Source: Candidatus Omnitrophota bacterium
GTDB taxonomy: Bacteria; Omnitrophota; Gorgyraeia; Zapsychrales; Fredricksoniimonadaceae
Length of the DNA stretch: 64,000 nt
Assembly (NCBI GenBank): GCA_044225175.1
Contig: JBGAJA010000002.1
Span: 146,917 to 210,916, forward strand
Direction of reading: 5' to 3'
Below are positions 55,501-61,500 of this stretch, in pieces (position 1 is the stretch's first letter; the number at the start of each line of letters is the position of its first letter). The translations under genes were made by a program, and so were the position numbers. Below the pieces are notes generated by a model, which had not been told where the DNA came from, did no database searches, and saw nothing but the letters and a program-made list of their open reading frames with translations.

Positions 55501-58500
55501 TCTAATTCTGGGATAGCTGGAAGATTAGTCACCAAAGCAACTGGTTTAGAATCAGGAGCAGGTTATCAGTCTTTAGTATTTGGAACACGGTTGGCTGCAA
55601 GTGAAGCTCTCACGGTAGGTGTTCCTAATGCGATCAGCTTCCTTAATACGGGACATGGCCTATCCTCTAAAACAAACTGGACATTGGCAGGGATTGGTTT
55701 GTCTTATCCTATCGCTCGTGTGGTCACATCGTCTTCATTCGTCCCAGTCGTCTTTAGCAGACGATTGACAGACGCTCCAAGCGTGTTTGGTACGGTCGCT
55801 CGAATGGGACAATCAGCAGTGTCTCAAGGATTACTCTGGGGCCAAATTGATGCCTCTGTGGCTGCAGCTCATTCAGCCATGGGCAATGGATCAATCACCG
55901 CCAGCGATGTATTCTTCAAAAATTATCTTCCTGGATTAGGCACAGGTGCGGCCTTTGGAGCTGTGACTGGTTCTATGCGCGGTGTAGTGGAAAGACCTAT
56001 GACGCCTGATACGATGTTGAAAAAATATGCAGCTGCAGCCAGTATTGGGGCCACTGCTAATATTTTAAACGGCTGGATCAATCACGGTTCAAACTATAGC
56101 ACCAAACAGATGTTAGAAGATGCAACTGTAGGCGTTGGCATGGGCCTATTTGGAATGGCTGCTTTGAAGAATCCAGAATGGTTCAAAAGTTTATCAACGA
56201 CTAACAAACTGCTTGTAGGAGCTGGTGTAGGAAGCATAGCAAGAATAACAGATCAAGCGGTCTTTCATTCAGACTCTATTATTGGTTGGGAATCAGAAAA
56301 AGACCATCATTATACAAAGGGAAGAGCTTTAACGGATGCAATCGTAGGTGCAGGCATGGGAGCTTTAGGGGCCCACTTCATTGGGGGTACCAAATTAGGG
56401 GGGGCAAGTGCTGAAAGTGAAATTGCTAAAAAGATGCTTCCAGAGAACCTATTGTCCACAGCTACCTCAGGGGCATTGAAATGGACCTATGTTTCTCCCG
56501 CCTTCACATTAGGACAATCAATTTGGCAAGGAAGATTAGACAAATTAACAGCCAGAGAACTCATCGACTCTTCCATCGAAGGTCCTAGATCCGGTCGCTG
56601 GATGGGTGTTGCCTTTGATGCGGCCCAAGTCCATGGCACAGCCAGAAGTGTAGCCCAATTAGAAGAAGCAGGGTATTCGAAATTCGGCGCCAGAATGGTG
56701 GCTGGATTTGAAAATACCGTGATGAATATGCAAAAAGGCCCATGGGAAGGAAATTTAGGCAAGCACATTTGGAGCAACATCATTTACATGCCAGGGCTGA
56801 TGAAAACCGTGGATGCTTTTACTCAAGCGGCAGATATTGGATTTGAAGTCAATGGTCAAAAGGTTTTTGGAGGATTGACAGACTTAAGAAACTCCATTGA
56901 CGGCACCCAAAATTTACAACCTGTGATTGGCCGCTATGTCGTCAATGACAGAGGTGAGGCCACATACGCTCCTGATACAAAAACATCTCAATACTTTAGT
57001 TTTGGGGTCATGACCGCTTTGCCTGCTTATCAGCCAGGTGTTAGTTCATCTAATCAAGCAAGAACAATCGTGGATCTTTTAAGAACTCCAAATAGAACCG
57101 AGGGGGCTGCAGAACAAGGATGGTTTAAAAAGGTTGTCGGCAAAACAAGGTCTTATATCAGTGATCTTTCTAGAACTCAAAGACGAGGTGCGTTTTATAC
57201 AGGATGGATTCCTTCCCGATTTTCTTCTTCGACTAATAATGTCGAACGAGCTAAGAAGGTGGTGGAAGCTTCGCCTCAAGCTAAGAGCACAACGCCCACA
57301 GAACTATCAACGGCTTCAAAGGTCACCTCAGCTATCGAAAGCTATAGAGCTTCTATGGGCTCACAAACAGCAGAGCAATTGACCATCGACCAGGCCCATA
57401 TGGCAGCTGAATTCTCCAAGCTATCTGCCACTGACACAGATTTGCATGCGGCCGTTGGAGGAGATGTCGTTAGTTTCTTAAGAGATGTAAGACAAGCTTC
57501 TCAAAGACAATCGGTTACCGAAGCTTTAAGAGGGTTAAGTGACGGTACAAAAAGAACAATTTTAGGTAATGTCGACGCACCATCAGGCAGTATTGCAAAG
57601 CTTTTTGAAGCTAAAATTAAAGGTCTTGATTTCAACAATCTTCCCAAGGACATTGATCCAACTTTAAGAAGAACAATCAAAGATACCCAAAGTGCCCATG
57701 ACCAATACACCAAAGACCTCAATGACGCATTTCGTTTAAGGACTGCAGTGCAATTCATTAAAGGAAGCCAAGGTATGACAGATCAAAGAGCTCGGGCCTA
57801 TGAGTTCTTTAGAATTTTGGGAGCTATGCCTGAAAAAGGAGCTGAGGGACTTGGGAATGCTCAAGTCAAAGACATCGAAGCCGAACGAGTGACGCTTGAA
57901 CGCTTGCACCAACAATACTTAGCTGAAGGTGGACCAGTAGAACGGTTCATTGGCGAGATTGTAGGCAGTTCACAAAGAGATTTGGTTAGAAAAGCCATGC
58001 AATTGACCAAAAAAGCATTTAGTGGTGGAAGCAGCGATGCTAGAAATCTTGATACACAAAATGTCCTTACAAAAATCCGCAATATCCTTGTAGACAATAT
58101 GCAGTCACGTCTTCAAGTGAGCCTTCAAGACTTAGGGATCAGGGTGGATTCCCATACTGTAGATGGCAAGAAGATACTTACCTTAAAAGATGCAACCAAT
58201 GAGAATAGAGCGCTCACAGACAAAGAAAAAGCCCAGGCTTTTGACAGAGTTTTAAGATCAAACATTTCATTTGAACAAAAGGTCTTTGAACTTTTAATCC
58301 TCTCTAAATCAGAACAAGGCCAAAGCTGGGACATTGATTTAAATGACATTGCGTCCATCATGGATTTTCATGCTGTAGCCAAAGAAGCCAAAGATAACCG
58401 CACTCAATTAGCTGTCTTAGATAAATACATGGGGGGTGGTAAATCAGAAATCGCAACCATGTTGGCCTTAGCTGCCTTCCATGATAGTGGAAATAGCTTC

Positions 58501-61500
58501 CTTAAAGGCAGGACCCTGGTGTTGGCAAGTAAAGACGGATCATTGCTAAGCAAATGGTTAAAATTGACAGAAAAAGACAATAGTATCTTTAATTTTAAAC
58601 CAGCCCCATTGGTGGAAGTCACGATCCCAACCTCTAGATTTTCAACAGAAGTGTTAGAGCAATTACAACAAAGAGGCATTGTAGAAAATGTCGAAGGCAC
58701 CACCACCCAAGTGAGACTTAAAGCAGAGAATTTGAATAGAGATGTAATCAAAGACATTGCCAAGTCAGAAGCTGAGGATGTTTGGAAGACATTAGAAAAT
58801 GCCAAGGAAGCTCAAGATGCCAAGCGCATTGATTTCAATGAACGCTTACCAGAGGGGATCGTCGTTTTAGATTATAAACAAATCTTTGAATACGTCTTAA
58901 ATGGTTTGGAAACTGGACACTCTCATTTTAAGAATTCGGTGTTAATTGGAGATGAAATCCATGAATTGCTTTCATCCGCTCCTTTGATTTCTGGGGTATC
59001 CATGGAAGTCATTTCCAAGGGTATTGAAGAAATGAGAAAAGATCCAAAATTAAGCGCTGCCCTTGAAAATGACCGTATTTTTGAACTGGCCACAGCCAAA
59101 GCATCCACCCAGACCCAAGAGAGTTTAAGCAAACGAGTACTTGCATCCCATGTGGAAAAAGCTGGGTTTAATTATAGTCAGTTGATGGGTGAGATTGAAC
59201 GATTAGGCTATGTGCAAAAAGACGCGCAAGGAAATTATCGAGTAACGGACAGCTTTAAGAAGGACAAGAACACATTGAAAGACCAGTTATCTGGCCAATA
59301 CTCTCAAGATCAAATCTCTCATGTGGAATGGATGCTTGATCGCTCTCAAAATGATGCATTCTATAATTTAGTGACCCATAAAGACGGCGGGCGATTTGCC
59401 CCTGAATTTACCAAAGAAGCCCAAGAAGCCATTCAAGAACAATTAACGGCCCAAAGGGAAATAGAAAATCCTTACTCCGACGCAGGTGGAGCCGATAAGT
59501 TTAAAGATTTTCTAGATAAGCTTGCCTGGATTTCATTGGCCAGAAGTGAAAAGGCTGATGGGACCATGGTGGATTTCTTCAAAGACAAAGATGGCAAACT
59601 TAATTTCACTCCTGCTGATCCATTCAATGGAGGCAAGAAAAATGTTGGCCAGGTATGGAATGATGATCAATTAGTTCGTGCTGCATTTGCGTATGAAGGA
59701 GCCCGAGGCGAGCAAGTGAATGCTACAGATCGTTTGGAAAAGGTCTACCATCAAATGGGTCTTCAGGCCACATCCAGTGATGTTATTAAGGCCTTTGACC
59801 AGGTCTTTGGGTTAACAGGGACCATGAATGAAAGTCCTAACGTGTCTTTGTTTGCTTCCAAGGTCAACCGATTTGTCCGCTCCATCACATCCAGAGACGT
59901 GCAAACAACATTTAGATTAGGCGGCAATGAAACAATCCGTACTTCATGGAATAACTTCCTTTCCAAGATCAATGGGAAATTAGGTTTTGGAATCATCCAT
60001 AAAATTGGTAAAGAATCCGTAAAGGCCTTAAATGACCAAATCCTTGAAAGCACAGATCACGCAGGCAGGTTAGTGAAAGATAAAAATGGAGAATATGAGC
60101 TTCAAGTTGAAATTTCTAAAGGTGAATGGGTCAAAGCAAGTGAAGAACAAGCAGCTAAAATTAAAACCGTAGTCATTATGGCTGAGAATCAAGAAAGCTG
60201 GGGGCAAGACCAAGCAGCCAGCATGAAAGGTCAAGAAAACACTGTCATTACATTTGCCGATATTGCGGACATCACTAAGGAATGGAAATCTGTCATTAAA
60301 AACTCAGAAGAATTAACTGGAGTGCTTAAACTCTTGTCGGGTAAGAATATCTTGGCCATTGGACAATTTGGTCCTGGGTTAAGTATTGAAGCGGTAGATG
60401 GCTATCGCGGGCTTGAAATCATTACATCACCTACAAGCTCGGATCGTATCTTGCAGCAATCCACCCGTATGAACACGTTAAATTCAAAGGGTAAGAAATC
60501 TTTTGCCGTGTCTCGTATGGAAGGTGAAGTTGAAGTGATTTTAGATGGCAATGAATTCCATCTTTCCAGCAATCAAACACAAACATTAAGATTACAGCAA
60601 GCCAAATTAGACAGGGCCCAAGAGAAAGTCAATGCCAATCCAAATGACACGCAAGCCAAGGCAGAATTAGAAAACGCTCAAAGAGAACATCGAGAAGCAT
60701 TTGAAGGGACATTCAGAGAAATTGGTAAAGGGATCATTTCCACAAGCATTGTCTCAACCATGGCCCATCAAAAAGGCGGTTCATTTGAACAAGCCATTCA
60801 TCGACTCAATCAAATTTATGAACACTTAGATGCCAATGCCGCACGTTTGCAGATGAAGTCCACCAATTTGCCTCAAGCTTATTTGCTTAACCCTATGGGG
60901 GTCGGGGTATTTAATGTTTATAGTGAAGGAAAGACCCAATTCAAATCAGGGGTCAAAAATGCCGCAACAATCGTCACTCCCGGCAGCCAATTGGCTCTGG
61001 ATCAATTTGGCAATATCATTTATGGCGGCCAACATGGGGTTGTGGTTGATCCAATGAGTGGATGGATTTATGACCTTCAAGATTACCAAAAAGACCCAAC
61101 TTTAAAAGGAGTGCAAGCATTAGGTAGTATTGTGGATGTTGATCAGCCAACAACCATTCAAGGATTTAATGGTACATTCACCACAGAAAAAGCTAAAGCA
61201 GTTATGCTTTTTGATGACTCTTCTTTAGAAGGCGCTGCGGAAAGCAAAGCTAGGGTGGGTCGTGTGATGACAAAGGCTGTTTTGAATGGGACCAATCAAA
61301 TGGTGGATATTGAAGACTCATGGGTATCTCCTCACCAAACAGGCGCACCAGAACATGCCGGTGGAACAATCAAGAATGCTGCCCTTTTTGGATTACCAGC
61401 CAACATTAAAGTTTCCAAAGTCCAAACAACCAAGCATGGAACAGCCTATCGATTGGTTTATTCCCAACATGATGGTCAAGATGAATTGCATGCGGCTATT

